Assembly: GCA_020348925.1 (NCBI GenBank)
Contig: CP070758.1
Span: forward strand, 4,293,688-4,357,687
DNA length: 64,000 nt
Source: Gemmatimonadota bacterium
GTDB taxonomy: Bacteria; JBHIER01; G020348925
Reading direction: 5' to 3'
Under the pieces are notes generated by a model that worked only from the letters and a program-made list of their open reading frames with translations, was not told the origin of the DNA and searched no databases. Both the position numbers and the translations under genes were made by a program. Positions 51,699-62,094 of the stretch are shown here, one piece after another. Within the stretch, counting starts at the first letter, position 1. The number at the start of each line of letters is the position of its first letter.

Positions 51699-53615
51699 TT
51701 AATCGACAACTTCGTAATCGGCCTCCACGGCCGCTTCATCAGCTCCCTCAGTCCCTTTTCTCTTCTCCTTGGGCTCCTCGGTACGGGGACTCCCAGCCTG
51801 AGCCTGTTGTTGTGCGGTGGTCTGTTGATAGAGAGTGGCAGCGGCTTGATGCCAGATCTGAGTGAGGGCTTCGGTCGCCGACTTGATCTCGTCTCCATTG
51901 TCGACCTTGATAGCTTCCTTGACTCGGTTCACAGCAGCTTCAACTTTGGCCTTCGTGTCCGCATCGAGTTTGTCGCCCATCTCTTTGAGGTTCTTTTCTG
52001 TCTCGTACACCATTTGATCGGCCCTATTCTTGACGTCAATCGTCTCTCGACGTTTTTTATCCTCATCGGCATGAGACTCGGCATCCTTCACCATCTTATC
52101 GATCTCCTGATCGGTTAAACCGCTGGAAGCCTCAATACGGATGGACTGCTCTTTGCCGGTCGCCTTGTCCTTGGCGGACACGTTCAGGATACCATTGGCA
52201 TCGATGTCGAAAGCTACCTCAATCTGCGGTATCCCCCTCGGTGCGGGTGGAATACCGTCGAGATGGAACCGGCCGATGGTCCGGTTATCGATGGCCATTT
52301 CTCGCTCACCCTGGAGAACATGAATTTCTACAGAGGTCTGACTGTCGGCTGCTGTGGTAAAGATCTCGCCCTTTTTGGTCGGGATGGTCGTATTCCGCTG
52401 AATGAGTTTTGTGCACACGCCACCCAGGGTCTCAATTCCCAGAGAGAGAGGTGTCACATCCAGCAGGAGCACATCCTTCACCTCGCCGGCCAGGACGCCC
52501 GCCTGAATGGCGGCACCGACGGCCACGACTTCATCCGGATTCACCCCTTTATGAGGATCCTTGCCAAACAACGTTTTCACAGTCTCCTGCACCTTCGGAA
52601 TCCGCGTCGATCCGCCGACAAGGATCACCTCATCGATGTCCTTCGGCTCCAGCCCGGCATCCTTCAGGGCCTGCTGACACGGTCCCACTGTCCTGTCAAT
52701 GAGATCGTCGATCAACTGCTCCAACTTGGCCCTGGTGAGGGAGAGGTTCAGGTGCTTCGGGCCGCTGGCGTCAGCCGTAATAAAGGGGAGATTGATCTCC
52801 GTCTGGGATGTGGACGACAGCTCACATTTGGCCTTTTCGGCCGCCTCCTTCAAGCGCTGTAAAGCCATGGGATCGGTCCGAAGATTGATTCCCTCCTGCT
52901 TTTTGAACTCGTCACACAGCCAGTCGATAATCCGCTGGTCGAAATCATCTCCGCCCAAGTGCGTATCTCCATTGGTCGACTTCACTTCAAAAACACCCTC
53001 GCCCAATTCCAATATGGAAATATCAAAAGTTCCGCCACCCAGGTCAAAGACGGCGATCTTCTCGTTGCTCTTCTTGTCGAGACCATAGGCCAGGGATGCC
53101 GCCGTCGGCTCGTTGATGATGCGGAGCACCTCGAGACCGGCGATTCGCCCGGCGTCCTTCGTCGCCTGACGCTGGCTGTCGTTGAAGTACGCCGGTACCG
53201 TAATCACCGCCTGTGTGACTTTTTGGCCAAGGTAATCCTCGGCCGTCTGCTTCATCTTCTGTAGAACCATGGCCGATATCTCAGGCGGTGTGTATTTCTT
53301 GTCCTCGATCTCCACGGTGGCCAAATCATTCGTGCCGCTTACTACTTTAAAGGGAACGGTCTTCATCTCCTGACCGACTTCACTATAGCGACGACCCATA
53401 AACCGCTTGATGGAAAAGACCGTATTTTGCGGATTTGTGATGGCCTGCCGCTTTGCCACCTGCCCCACATGCCGCTCCCCGGACTTGGTAAAGGCAACCA
53501 CCGACGGTGTCGTCCGGCTCCCCTCTGAGCTGGGGATAACGACCGGATCACCGCCTTCCATGACGGCCACACAGGAGTTCGTCGTTCCTAAATCTATGCC
53601 AATTACTTTTGCCAT
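51699..53615 (-). CDS. dnaK: Chaperone DnaK
   Basis: Motifs [36 protein letters not shown] and [11 protein letters not shown]. Confidence 0.99.
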   Translation of the reverse strand: MAKVIGIDLGTTNSCVAVMEGGDPVVIPSSEGSRTTPSVVAFTKSGERHVGQVAKRQAITNPQNTVFSIKRFMGRRYSEVGQEMKTVPFKVVSGTNDLATVEIEDKKYTPPEISAMVLQKMKQTAEDYLGQKVTQAVITVPAYFNDSQRQATKDAGRIAGLEVLRIINEPTAASLAYGLDKKSNEKIAVFDLGGGTFDISILELGEGVFEVKSTNGDTHLGGDDFDQRIIDWLCDEFKKQEGINLRTDPMALQRLKEAAEKAKCELSSTSQTEINLPFITADASGPKHLNLSLTRAKLEQLIDDLIDRTVGPCQQALKDAGLEPKDIDEVILVGGSTRIPKVQETVKTLFGKDPHKGVNPDEVVAVGAAIQAGVLAGEVKDVLLLDVTPLSLGIETLGGVCTKLIQRNTTIPTKKGEIFTTAADSQTSVEIHVLQGEREMAIDNRTIGRFHLDGIPPAPRGIPQIEVAFDIDANGILNVSAKDKATGKEQSIRIEASSGLTDQEIDKMVKDAESHADEDKKRRETIDVKNRADQMVYETEKNLKEMGDKLDADTKAKVEAAVNRVKEAIKVDNGDEIKSATEALTQIWHQAAATLYQQTTAQQQAQAGSPRTEEPKEKRKGTEGADEAAVEADYEVVD

Positions 53616-53647
53616 TTTATTTGTACCCCCTTACGTGTCAAATAAGA

Positions 53648-53681
53648 GTTGGCGAAGGGCGTAAAAGTTCCCTTCGCCAAC
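53648..53681 (-). terminator. 12-bp hairpin between hsp20 and dnaK (partial terminator or stabiliser)
   Basis: GTTGGCGAAGGG / CCCTTCGCCAAC perfect stem. Weak U-tract. Confidence 0.5.
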
Positions 53682-53710
53682 CGTACACTTTCATACCGTG
53701 TTGAGAATGT

Positions 53711-54157
53711 CTACTTCACCTCAACAGCAACTTCCTTCGGCTTCACCTCTTCGGCTTTGGGGAGGGTGATTTTCAGAACTCCGTTCTCGTATTTTGCCGA
53801 AGCTTTATCAGCCACAACCAGAGTCGGAAGTGCAAAGGTTCTGGCGAATGAACCGTAGCTGCGTTCAACACTGTGATAGTCCGCCTCCTTTACCTCCTTC
53901 TCCTGCTTCTTCTCGCCCTTCAGGGTCAATATGTTGTCCTTGATGGTCACGTGGATGTCTTTCTGCTCCATTCCGGGGACTTCGGCCTCCACGACAACTT
54001 CATGGTCCGTCTCATGAACATCGACATCCGGATTCCACATTCGGTCCCCAAGATCCCGCCGTGCCGGAAATCTCTGAATAAAATCTTCAAAAAGACGGTC
54101 CATTTCATCCCGGAACTGGAAGACGTCTCTCGCCGGGCGCCATCGTACTAACGTCAT
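53711..54157 (-). CDS. Hsp20/alpha-crystallin small heat-shock protein
   Basis: Start MTLVRWRP behind GGAGG. Motifs PDVDVHET, ERSYGSFARTFALP and AKYENGVLKITLPK. Confidence 0.96.
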   Translation of the reverse strand: MTLVRWRPARDVFQFRDEMDRLFEDFIQRFPARRDLGDRMWNPDVDVHETDHEVVVEAEVPGMEQKDIHVTIKDNILTLKGEKKQEKEVKEADYHSVERSYGSFARTFALPTLVVADKASAKYENGVLKITLPKAEEVKPKEVAVEVK

Positions 54158-54228
54158 TTTTGTCACCTCCTTCAGTATGTTCGTATCGTAACTTGCGTCT
54201 TTTTTCGCGCGTTGCACTCTGGTATATC

Positions 54229-54243
54229 GCAATTTTTGTGCCA
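54229..54243 (-). promoter_or_regulatory. sigma54 (-24/-12) promoter of the hsp20-dnaK-sigma-fmdB-clpB operon
   Basis: Minus strand TGGCAC-AAAAA-TTGC, about 70 bp upstream of hsp20. Confidence 0.75.
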
Positions 54244-54378
54244 AAAACCAAATGACCAAAATGCATCATAACTGAAAGAGGCCTTTTACTTTTTATTCTT
54301 AGAAATTACAATAGCTTACAAATTTCAACGATATCCTTCCAGAAAAGTGGTGTGTAATATACGAAAATAAAATTGCGA

Positions 54379-54433
54379 TGTCAAGCTGACAATGAAATTT
54401 ATTTATTTGTGCCCATATGTCTCAATTAGGACA
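54379..54433. promoter_or_regulatory. Candidate enhancer (bEBP) sites
   Basis: TGTCA-AGC-TGACA (54379-54391) and TGT-N10-ACA (54418-54433), 135-190 bp upstream of the sigma54 site across an AT-rich spacer. Confidence 0.4.
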
Positions 54434-54593
54434 ATATGGCAGTAACTCGTCCTATTCGGCAGTACGTAAGGCGAAAGGGAGAATGCGCATTCAAAGAATG
54501 ATCTTTCGTCATTTTTTCTGGTTTTTATAAAAAAGAAACGCTTTTACAGAAACATGTTGTGTCCTTAAGGACTTTTTGATATACTTAGAGATA

Positions 54594-55082
54594 ATGAGTT
54601 CCGGGCAGATTCAAAATGACTCTGAGATCAAATTTATAGCCGATACAATGTTGGGCCGATTGGCGAAATGGCTTCGGATATTGGGTTATGATACGCTGTA
54701 TCCCGGACAGGAATCGGATCAGCGGTTGGCCAGAATTGCGGCCGAAGAAGGTCGTATACTCTTAACGAGAGACACAGAATTGGCCTCGCGAAAGGGATTT
54801 CGAAAACTCCTCGTGGACAGTGATCGTCTGGCGGAACAATTATCCCAGGTGATCGAGGCTTTTCATCTCAAGACGAACGATCGTATTCTATCACTGTGTC
54901 TTTTGTGCAATTGTCCCTTGAGAGAGATTCAAAAAGATTCGGTTCGGGATAAGGTCCCGCCCTATGTTTTCCAAACGCAATCCCGCTTTTTTCAATGCCC
55001 TGAATGCGATAAGATTTTCTGGCCCGGCACGCACCTGGATCACATTCGGACCGAGTTGGAGAGACTTGGGTTTGTTCTTTGA
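54594..55082 (+). CDS. Mut7-C RNase (PIN-like, DUF82) domain protein
   Basis: Motifs FIADTMLGRLAKWLRILGYDT, RILLTRD, CLLCN and CPECDKIFWPGTH. Confidence 0.92.
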   Translation: MSSGQIQNDSEIKFIADTMLGRLAKWLRILGYDTLYPGQESDQRLARIAAEEGRILLTRDTELASRKGFRKLLVDSDRLAEQLSQVIEAFHLKTNDRILSLCLLCNCPLREIQKDSVRDKVPPYVFQTQSRFFQCPECDKIFWPGTHLDHIRTELERLGFVL

Positions 55083-55153
55083 ACAACAGCGGGACTGTTC
55101 GTGGATGCTGCATTCCTCTCAATGGCCGTTCTGACTGATAGTGCTTCCGCGAC

Positions 55154-55188
55154 CGTCATAGCGAGGGACGAAATCCCGGAACAATCTC
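55154..55188. repeat. Half REP-like element
   Basis: CGTCATAGCGAG...ACAATCTC, complementary in style to 3321-3376. Confidence 0.4.
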
Positions 55189-55206
55189 GAAAGGAGATGG
55201 CAAGCA

Positions 55207-56022
55207 GTGAACCGTGTTGAGATCATTGCCATCGGAAACGAAATTCTGACTGGACGAGTACTGGACTCCAATTCCAATTGGCTGGCCAAGGCTTTTACCG
55301 CCGTAGGCGGTGAGGTCACCCGATGTGTGGTTGTACGAGATGTTGTTGACGAAATCGTGAGAGAGGTGCAAAACGCCAGAGCGAACAAGGCCCGGATCAT
55401 CATCACCACCGGCGGGTTGGGACCCACCTTTGACGATAGAACTCTGGAGGCCGTTGCCCAGGCCCTCGATCGACCGCTGGTGCTCCATGCCGATGCCCTG
55501 GAATGGATCATTCAGAAGTATGAGGACCTCAAGAGGGAGGGATACGTCGACTCCGACGACATCACTCCCAGCCGCGAGAAGATGGCTCACGTACCGGACG
55601 ATTCGATACCGCTGCCTAATACGGTTGGGGCCGCACCGGGCGTCATGATTGAGCTAAAAGGCTGCACCTTGTTCTGTCTACCGGGTGTCCCGGCCGAGAT
55701 GAAGGCCATCTTTGAAGAGCATGTGGAGGAAAAATTACGATCAATCTTCGGATCTCAGGTTTTTATCGAAAGGAATATCACCACCGATGTGAGTGACGAA
55801 TCGAAGATAGTCCCCATCATCGAAGCAGTTATGAAGGAAGTCGAGGGAGTCTATTTAAAATCAAAACCAACTCACTTCGGCAAAGACGTCCGCATCGGTG
55901 TCCGCATCACGGCGTCGGGGGAAGACGAAACAGAGTTAAAGGAGAGACTCGAAAGAACCGTTACGGTCCTTGAGGTTCAACTTAAAAGAAAAGGTCATTT
56001 GATTCTCGATCACGCAAAATAA
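55207..56022 (+). CDS. CinA N-terminal-like (molybdopterin-binding domain) protein lacking the PncC domain
   Basis: Motifs IIAIGNEILTGRVLDSNS, TTGGLGPTFDDRT, NTVGAAPG and LPGVPAEM. Only 271 aa. Confidence 0.85.
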   Translation: MNRVEIIAIGNEILTGRVLDSNSNWLAKAFTAVGGEVTRCVVVRDVVDEIVREVQNARANKARIIITTGGLGPTFDDRTLEAVAQALDRPLVLHADALEWIIQKYEDLKREGYVDSDDITPSREKMAHVPDDSIPLPNTVGAAPGVMIELKGCTLFCLPGVPAEMKAIFEEHVEEKLRSIFGSQVFIERNITTDVSDESKIVPIIEAVMKEVEGVYLKSKPTHFGKDVRIGVRITASGEDETELKERLERTVTVLEVQLKRKGHLILDHAK

Positions 56023-56045
56023 TCATCAACCTCTTTAATGAACAA

Positions 56046-56969
56046 ATGTCACAGCTCGTCATAGTTACCGGCGCATCAGGTTTTATAGGAAGGATACTTT
56101 GCGCAAGCCTTATCGAGCGCGGCTACACTCTTGTGGCCCTTTCTCGTAATCCCGAAAAAGGGAGGGATATGCTCGGGGACAAAGTCCAGGTTGTATTCTG
56201 GGACGGTCGAAGTGCCGAGGGATGGGGACACTATGCGGATGGTGCGTATGCAATTGTTAATCTCGCAGGTGATAACATCGGCTCCGGGAAATGGACGAAA
56301 GAGAAAAAACAGAGTATTCTGCAGAGCAGACTTAATGCGGGCAGGGCCGTGGTCGATGCCGTCAAACAGGCTCAGAATAAACCAAAAGTAGTCCTTCAAG
56401 CTTCGGGTATTGGTGTTTACGGAGATCGGGGAGATGAACGATGTGATGAATCGACACCACTCGGAACGGGATTTCTCCCCGACGTAGGAAGACAATGGGA
56501 AGCGTCGACTCAGGGTGTTACCGATTTTGGTGTTCGCCATGCTATTATTCGAACTGGCGTCGTACTTGGAAAGAACGATGGATTTCTTCCGCGGAACATG
56601 CTCCCCTTTCGGCTGTTTCTTGGCGGCCACTTCGGAAGCGGGAAGCAGTGGCTTTCGTGGATTCACATTGATGATGAGGCACGGGCGATTCGGTTTTTAA
56701 TGGAAAACGAAAAAGCTCAGGGTGTTTTTAACCTGAACGCACCGAATCCTCTCATGTCGAAGGAATTTGCCAAAACCCTGGGTCGCTCCATGAAACGACC
56801 TTCATGGCTCCCTGTACCTGGCTTTTTGCTGCGTCTCCTCTTCGGTGAGATGGCCGATGCGCTCATTCTATCCGGCCAGAGGGGAGTGCCGAAAAGGCTT
56901 TTGGATCTGGGTTTTGAATTTCAGTATCCCGAATTGGAATCCGCTTTACGAAATATTTTGAAAACGTAG
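56046..56969 (+). CDS. TIGR01777-family NAD-dependent epimerase/oxidoreductase
   Basis: Motifs TGASGFIG, VNLAGDNI, WTKEKKQSILQSR and GSGKQWLSWIHIDD. Confidence 0.92.
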   Translation: MSQLVIVTGASGFIGRILCASLIERGYTLVALSRNPEKGRDMLGDKVQVVFWDGRSAEGWGHYADGAYAIVNLAGDNIGSGKWTKEKKQSILQSRLNAGRAVVDAVKQAQNKPKVVLQASGIGVYGDRGDERCDESTPLGTGFLPDVGRQWEASTQGVTDFGVRHAIIRTGVVLGKNDGFLPRNMLPFRLFLGGHFGSGKQWLSWIHIDDEARAIRFLMENEKAQGVFNLNAPNPLMSKEFAKTLGRSMKRPSWLPVPGFLLRLLFGEMADALILSGQRGVPKRLLDLGFEFQYPELESALRNILKT

Positions 56970-57090
56970 CACTGTGCCGGGGTAGGTGTTGAACTTCTGC
57001 CGAGAAATTCAATTCATCCTATTCTGATGCGGGAATAAAACTCCAACATCGGCTTTTCGACGAAAGATAAGATGTTATTTTAAACGAGGA

Positions 57091-57603
57091 GTGATAATGA
57101 ATTCAATCGATGAGCCAATCTTCGGACCGGAGTTTGGTCATGGTGGTTTTGAAACCTCAGAGGAACCTGATGTTGAACACAGTATCCGCGATCTCTTGGC
57201 TCACCAATCCTTCTGCGTTCTGTGCACGCAAGGTCAGAGCCAACCGTACGGTTCGTTGATCGCATTTGCCTTTACGGATAATTTGAAGACGTTTTTCTTC
57301 ACGACACCTTTGGCGACCCGAAAGTTTAAGTTGTTGAGCGAATGCAATCGAATTGCTTTGGTCATCGATAGTCGTTGTCAACATCCCGATGATATGACGA
57401 AAGTAGGGGCCGTGACGGTTACAGGGAAGGCAGAGCGACTCCAAAGCGGTGAAGAGTTTGAGCAGGGCATCGCTCTTCTCAAATCGAGACATCCGTATCT
57501 CGCACATTTTCTCGAGTCCGACTCCACAGCACTGTTCAAAGTCGACGTCGTCCGATACTTTCATGTGACGCGTTTTCAAGAGGTCTCCCAGTGGATTCCC
57601 TAA
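57091..57603 (+). CDS. Pyridoxamine 5'-phosphate oxidase-like (FMN split-barrel) protein
   Basis: FCVLCTQGQSQPYGSLIAF...TPLATRKF...IALVIDSR pattern. Confidence 0.8.
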   Translation: MIMNSIDEPIFGPEFGHGGFETSEEPDVEHSIRDLLAHQSFCVLCTQGQSQPYGSLIAFAFTDNLKTFFFTTPLATRKFKLLSECNRIALVIDSRCQHPDDMTKVGAVTVTGKAERLQSGEEFEQGIALLKSRHPYLAHFLESDSTALFKVDVVRYFHVTRFQEVSQWIP

Positions 57604-59900
57604 AACCATATGTCATGCCTCTGAATGATGTATCCGAAACAGATGAGAAGGTCATAGGGGGCAAGGCATCCAAGCTGGCAAAACTTGTTGGAATGGGGTA
57701 TCGCGTGCCTTCAGGCTTCTGCGTAACCATTTATGCTTATAATCATTTTATCGAGACGAACAGGCTGGATGAGATGATTGCTTTTGAACTGGGCAGAAAA
57801 CGCTTTCAAGACATGCGATGGGAGGAGATCTGGGATGCAGCCCTGCGGATTCGTTCTTCCTTCTTAAGGGAAAAGATTCCCGCTGTCATCAGGAACACAA
57901 TCATGACCTCACTGAAGAAAATGGGCTCAGAGAAACCGTTGGCTGTGCGTTCATCAGCGCCGAAGGAGGATACGGCCAGAGCCTCCTTTGCCGGATTGCA
58001 TGAATCCTATATCGGTGTGACGGGAATGGAAGATTTATTGAATTCCATTCGATTGGTCTGGGCGTCTCTCTGGTCCGATGCGGCTCTTCTCTACCAGAAA
58101 GAGTTGGGATTGGATCCCCTTCGGAGCAGTATGGCCGTCGTCGTTCAGGAGCTTGTTCAGGAGGACATCTCAGGTGTAGCCTTTGGGTGCGATCCGACAG
58201 CGCCGGAGGAGGATAAGGCCATTATTGAAGCGGTGCCGGGGCTGTGCCAGAATCTCGTTGACGGCACTCTCGATCCAGACAGGTGGCTTTTAAGGAAATC
58301 CACAGGTGAAATGCTCGCTTTCAAACCTGGGGATCGCGGTGGAGCAGAAAAGGGCACACCGTTATTGGAATCGGATGATCTCAAATTGTTGTATCGAGCA
58401 CTTCAAGGGATTGAAACCCTATTCGGTTGGCAGCCTGATCTAGAATGGACCGGACGGAATGATCGATTGACACTTTTACAGGCCAGGCCAATTACGACTT
58501 CCCAGGCGGCTCCCAAAGATGACAAATCGTATTATCTCACCCTTCGTCCCAATGAGCAAAACTTGAAGAAACTGGCGCAGCGGGTTTCTGAAACGTTGAT
58601 TCCACAGCTGGAAAAAGAGGGAGAGAAAATGGCCGCCGAGGACCTCTCGAAATTGAATGATCGAGAGCTGTCAGAGGCCATTGAGACGCGACAAGATGCG
58701 CTCGAGAAGTGGAAAAAGATTTACTGGGATGAGTTCATACCCTTTGCTCATGGTGTCCGGAGATTGGCGACTTACTATAACGATGCGGTTCGGCCACAGG
58801 ACCCTTATGAATTCATTGGATTGCTGCGAGGACAGGCCATGCGCTCGACCCAGCGTAACCGGAAGATGATGGAGCTGTCAGAAGTGTTAAGATCCGATCC
58901 GTCTCTCCTGGAGCTGATTCGAGATCAGGTTTTTGGGGAAAAAGGTCCGCCGCCGTCATGGCAGGATGTGCGTCATCAGATCCATGCTTTACCCCAGGGT
59001 TTAAATTTTGTCAGGGGTTTCGAGAGCTTGCTTGAAGAGTATATGGATGTGTCCTATGGGAGAGCTCGGCTCAAAGACCGGCCGGAACTCGTCTTGAAGA
59101 CCGTTGTTGAAATGGCCATATCGAAAGAACATTCTGTGGCAGGGGATCAGGTGACTGGTGGGCAAACCGATGTCGCCGAACTTGAGAAGAAACTTTTCCG
59201 TGCCGTTGGTCAAGAGCACATTGAGGAGGCGAAAGAGGTGCTGAGGATTGGCCGAATGAGCTGGCGGCTCAGGGATGATGATAATTTGTTACTCGGCCGG
59301 ATTGAAAGCCAACTTTTGCGGGCCGTTCACGTGGGAGTCGAGTTGCTGAGGTCAGAGGGACGTTTACAGAGGGAAGGACGAGTGGGCGAAAAGACGGCCA
59401 ATATCATCATCGCGGCGCTTCGAAATCCCTCGCAAAAAAAGGTTATAATTCCTGACGAGAACGGAACCGAGAGAAAAAGCCACCATAAAAAAAGGAAGAG
59501 TGTCAAATCCCGACAATTGATAGGGCAGCCTGCTGCCCCAGGTCTTGCCACTGGTCCGGTTTGCCGTGTTCTTGTACCGGAAGATTTTGGAGCGTTCAAA
59601 GCAGGTAACATTCTGGTGTGTGATGCCATCCAACCGAACATGACCCATCTGGTGCCCCTGGCCGGCGGAATCATCGAGCGACGCGGCGGCATGCTCATTC
59701 ATGGTGCCATCATCGCCAGGGAGTTGGGTGTCCCTTGCGTCAACGGTGTTCCCAACGCAGTCGATCTGCTCGAGGACGGGGAGTTGGTCACTGTTGACGG
59801 TCACCTGGGGATCGTGACCGTGGGGGAGCCTGAATTTGACCTGGAGAGAGATATTAATAAAATCTATCTTCATCCTAAGGTGAGCGATTTATTGAAATAA
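57591..59900 (+). CDS. PEP synthase-like phosphotransferase (ATP-grasp + substrate domain + C-terminal swivelling His domain; RPH-like architecture)
   Basis: Motifs GGKASKL, AVRSSAPKED...SFAG, LLQARPIT and GGMLIHGAIIARELGVPCV. Confidence 0.88.
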   Translation: MDSLKPYVMPLNDVSETDEKVIGGKASKLAKLVGMGYRVPSGFCVTIYAYNHFIETNRLDEMIAFELGRKRFQDMRWEEIWDAALRIRSSFLREKIPAVIRNTIMTSLKKMGSEKPLAVRSSAPKEDTARASFAGLHESYIGVTGMEDLLNSIRLVWASLWSDAALLYQKELGLDPLRSSMAVVVQELVQEDISGVAFGCDPTAPEEDKAIIEAVPGLCQNLVDGTLDPDRWLLRKSTGEMLAFKPGDRGGAEKGTPLLESDDLKLLYRALQGIETLFGWQPDLEWTGRNDRLTLLQARPITTSQAAPKDDKSYYLTLRPNEQNLKKLAQRVSETLIPQLEKEGEKMAAEDLSKLNDRELSEAIETRQDALEKWKKIYWDEFIPFAHGVRRLATYYNDAVRPQDPYEFIGLLRGQAMRSTQRNRKMMELSEVLRSDPSLLELIRDQVFGEKGPPPSWQDVRHQIHALPQGLNFVRGFESLLEEYMDVSYGRARLKDRPELVLKTVVEMAISKEHSVAGDQVTGGQTDVAELEKKLFRAVGQEHIEEAKEVLRIGRMSWRLRDDDNLLLGRIESQLLRAVHVGVELLRSEGRLQREGRVGEKTANIIIAALRNPSQKKVIIPDENGTERKSHHKKRKSVKSRQLIGQPAAPGLATGPVCRVLVPEDFGAFKAGNILVCDAIQPNMTHLVPLAGGIIERRGGMLIHGAIIARELGVPCVNGVPNAVDLLEDGELVTVDGHLGIVTVGEPEFDLERDINKIYLHPKVSDLLK

Positions 59901-59911
59901 TTCGGTGGATT

Positions 59912-59997
59912 TGTTGTTCTGCGAGGAGCAAAGTGTTGTGAAGAATCCACACCATGCTAAGAGATTCTTCGCCCGACAAAACGGACTCAGAATGAAA
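59912..59997. repeat. Degenerate REP-like element
   Basis: Inner GAAGAATC / GATTCTTC and terminal CTCAGAATGA, as in 40328-40438. Confidence 0.55.
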
Positions 59998-60239
59998 GTT
60001 ACGTCAAACCGGCTGCTAAAAATCGCTCAATTTGTGTTCATTAAAACATTATTGCGGGGACACATAAAAAAAGTTTTTGCAGTAACGTCATATTTTTTAT
60101 GAACCTGTTTAGAAAGCGCCCCTTGAATTTTTCAATCACAGAATGATTCTTGAGGACAGAAGGAACGTACCGTTGTTTTAATAGTAATAATTATCAATAA
60201 TAGTCAAGCTGTACTCTTTTATAAAGGAGGTGTTTTAAA

Positions 60240-60446
60240 ATGTCGAAACTTTCTGCTATAGATTGGGTGGCCCTCATCCTGGTCGTGATCGGTGGGTTGA
60301 ACTGGGGATTGGTCGGTGTCTTCGGATTTGATCTCGTGGCGGCCATATTCGGTCAGATGTCGGCATTAGGGCGCATCGTCTACGTCATTGTCGGACTGGC
60401 GGCCATCAAAGTGATCCTTATCATGGCCCTGCAGAGCAGGAAGTAA
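60240..60446 (+). CDS. DUF378 small membrane protein
   Basis: DWVALILVVIGGLNWGLVG...FDLVAAIFG...RIVYVIVG. SD AGGAGG. Confidence 0.92.
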   Translation: MSKLSAIDWVALILVVIGGLNWGLVGVFGFDLVAAIFGQMSALGRIVYVIVGLAAIKVILIMALQSRK

Positions 60447-60516
60447 ACGTGGGAAACCGGCGTTGCGGAGAGACCTGAAAGCCGGTGGAGATGGTCTGAT
60501 TTGTGGTGGGACGATC

Positions 60517-60553
60517 AAGGGGGAGAGGAGAATAGTTCCTCTCCCTTTTTCTT
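60517..60553 (+). terminator. Intrinsic terminator
   Basis: GGGAGAGGA / TCCTCTCCC followed by TTTTT. Confidence 0.75.
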
Positions 60554-60618
60554 ATGTGCTCCTTCCGATGGATCCGAAGACGTCTTTCCCTTAGACTGAA
60601 CCATGTTCTCTCGTATCG

Positions 60619-62094
60619 CTACTCTGTTTTGGTTTTGATGAACCGCTCCGCCAGTTGAAGAATGGCTTTGCGCCTCTCAGGATTCAACCTGTCGAAGGCT
60701 TTGACCATCATACTCATCCGGGGATTCTTCAGAAAGAAACGCCGGTGTTTACCGATGAACCGCCAGTAGAGGCCGTCGATCACATCGCACCAGGCCCCCT
60801 TTGGGAAATCGCTCATCTTGAGAATATAACTCGAACCCGAAATATAGGGCTTGGTGGCAAAGCTGCCGCCGTCGGCGAACTGTCCCATGCCGTATACATT
60901 GGGTACCATGACCCAGTCCGATGAATCGACAAAAAACTCCATGAACCAGCGATAGACCTCATCGGGATGAATCTCGCAGAGCAGCATGATGTTGCTCACG
61001 ATCATCAGGCGTTCGATATGATGAGCATAAGCATTCTTTTGGATTCGGCGAATAACCGTGTCCAGGGGCAGCAAGCCCGTCGTACCTTCATACCAGGCCC
61101 GGCTCAGTTTTCTTGTATGAGTGAAAAAATTTCCCTGCAATCTTTCCGTGTTGTACACTCCTCGCATAAATTCCCGCCAGCCGATAATCTGACGGATAAA
61201 TCCCTCGAGACTGGGAAGTGGAATGTCCTTCTGTTTCAGGACCGCGCCTATGACTTCCCTCGGTGTGAGGAGCCCCAGATTGAGCACCGGCGAGAGGATG
61301 GAGTGAAAGAGAAACGCTTGATCGGCTGCTATGGCGTCCTCATAGGGTCCAAAATTATTCAATCGCTCCCGCAGAAAGGCTTCGTACCACCGCACCGCCT
61401 GGGTCCGGGTTGTCGGCAGGTAAAAGGAATCAATGGATCCGGGATGATTGGGGAACAATTCATCGACCAAAAGGGCAACATCCCTGGTGTGAGATGTTCT
61501 TCTTAATTTCGGCAGGAGGGGTATGGTGATATCACGCGGCAGCCTCTGCCTGTTTTCCCGGTCGAAGCTCCATCTTCCTCCCAGAGGTCGCCATCCCTCC
61601 AGCAGCACGTTGAGCCGCTGCCGCTGCCAGATATAGAAGTCGTTCATAAAGAGACGCTTATAGGATTTCCGGTACTGAAGAAATTCACTGTGGGTTGTCG
61701 CGAAGCCGGGAGAGTCGACTATCTCCAAGGTTATTTGTTCCCTGTTGCAGAAGGTGCGTATCCGCTCCCTAAAAAAATGGTCCTCGATATCGTAGGTCAC
61801 GATGTTTTTTATCCGATGTTCCCGAAGGGTCTTTTTCAGTTTCTCCTCAAAGGCGAGTTTCATATTTGACCGATCGAGGCTCCAGTATTTGACGGGATAT
61901 GACCTCTGAATGAAATCCCGATGCGATCTCATGGCGGACAGGAACAACGTGATCTTGTGTTTGTGATAGTTGAAATGGGTACACAGATCCGCATCCTCGG
62001 CCATGAAGAAGAGTGTATTTGCCCCGGGCTTCAGAGAGGCGTGTGACGGGAAGAGGCAATTCCCCAATATCAAAGCCAATCTTTTTTTCGACAT
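60619..62094 (-). CDS. Bacterial (6-4) photolyase/cryptochrome family protein (DPRP/PhrB-like)
   Basis: Motifs HKHKITLFLSAMR, GGRWSFDRENR, FGPYEDA, EGFIRQIIGWREF, HHIERLM and TKPYISGSSYI. Confidence 0.9.
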   Translation of the reverse strand: MSKKRLALILGNCLFPSHASLKPGANTLFFMAEDADLCTHFNYHKHKITLFLSAMRSHRDFIQRSYPVKYWSLDRSNMKLAFEEKLKKTLREHRIKNIVTYDIEDHFFRERIRTFCNREQITLEIVDSPGFATTHSEFLQYRKSYKRLFMNDFYIWQRQRLNVLLEGWRPLGGRWSFDRENRQRLPRDITIPLLPKLRRTSHTRDVALLVDELFPNHPGSIDSFYLPTTRTQAVRWYEAFLRERLNNFGPYEDAIAADQAFLFHSILSPVLNLGLLTPREVIGAVLKQKDIPLPSLEGFIRQIIGWREFMRGVYNTERLQGNFFTHTRKLSRAWYEGTTGLLPLDTVIRRIQKNAYAHHIERLMIVSNIMLLCEIHPDEVYRWFMEFFVDSSDWVMVPNVYGMGQFADGGSFATKPYISGSSYILKMSDFPKGAWCDVIDGLYWRFIGKHRRFFLKNPRMSMMVKAFDRLNPERRKAILQLAERFIKTKTE

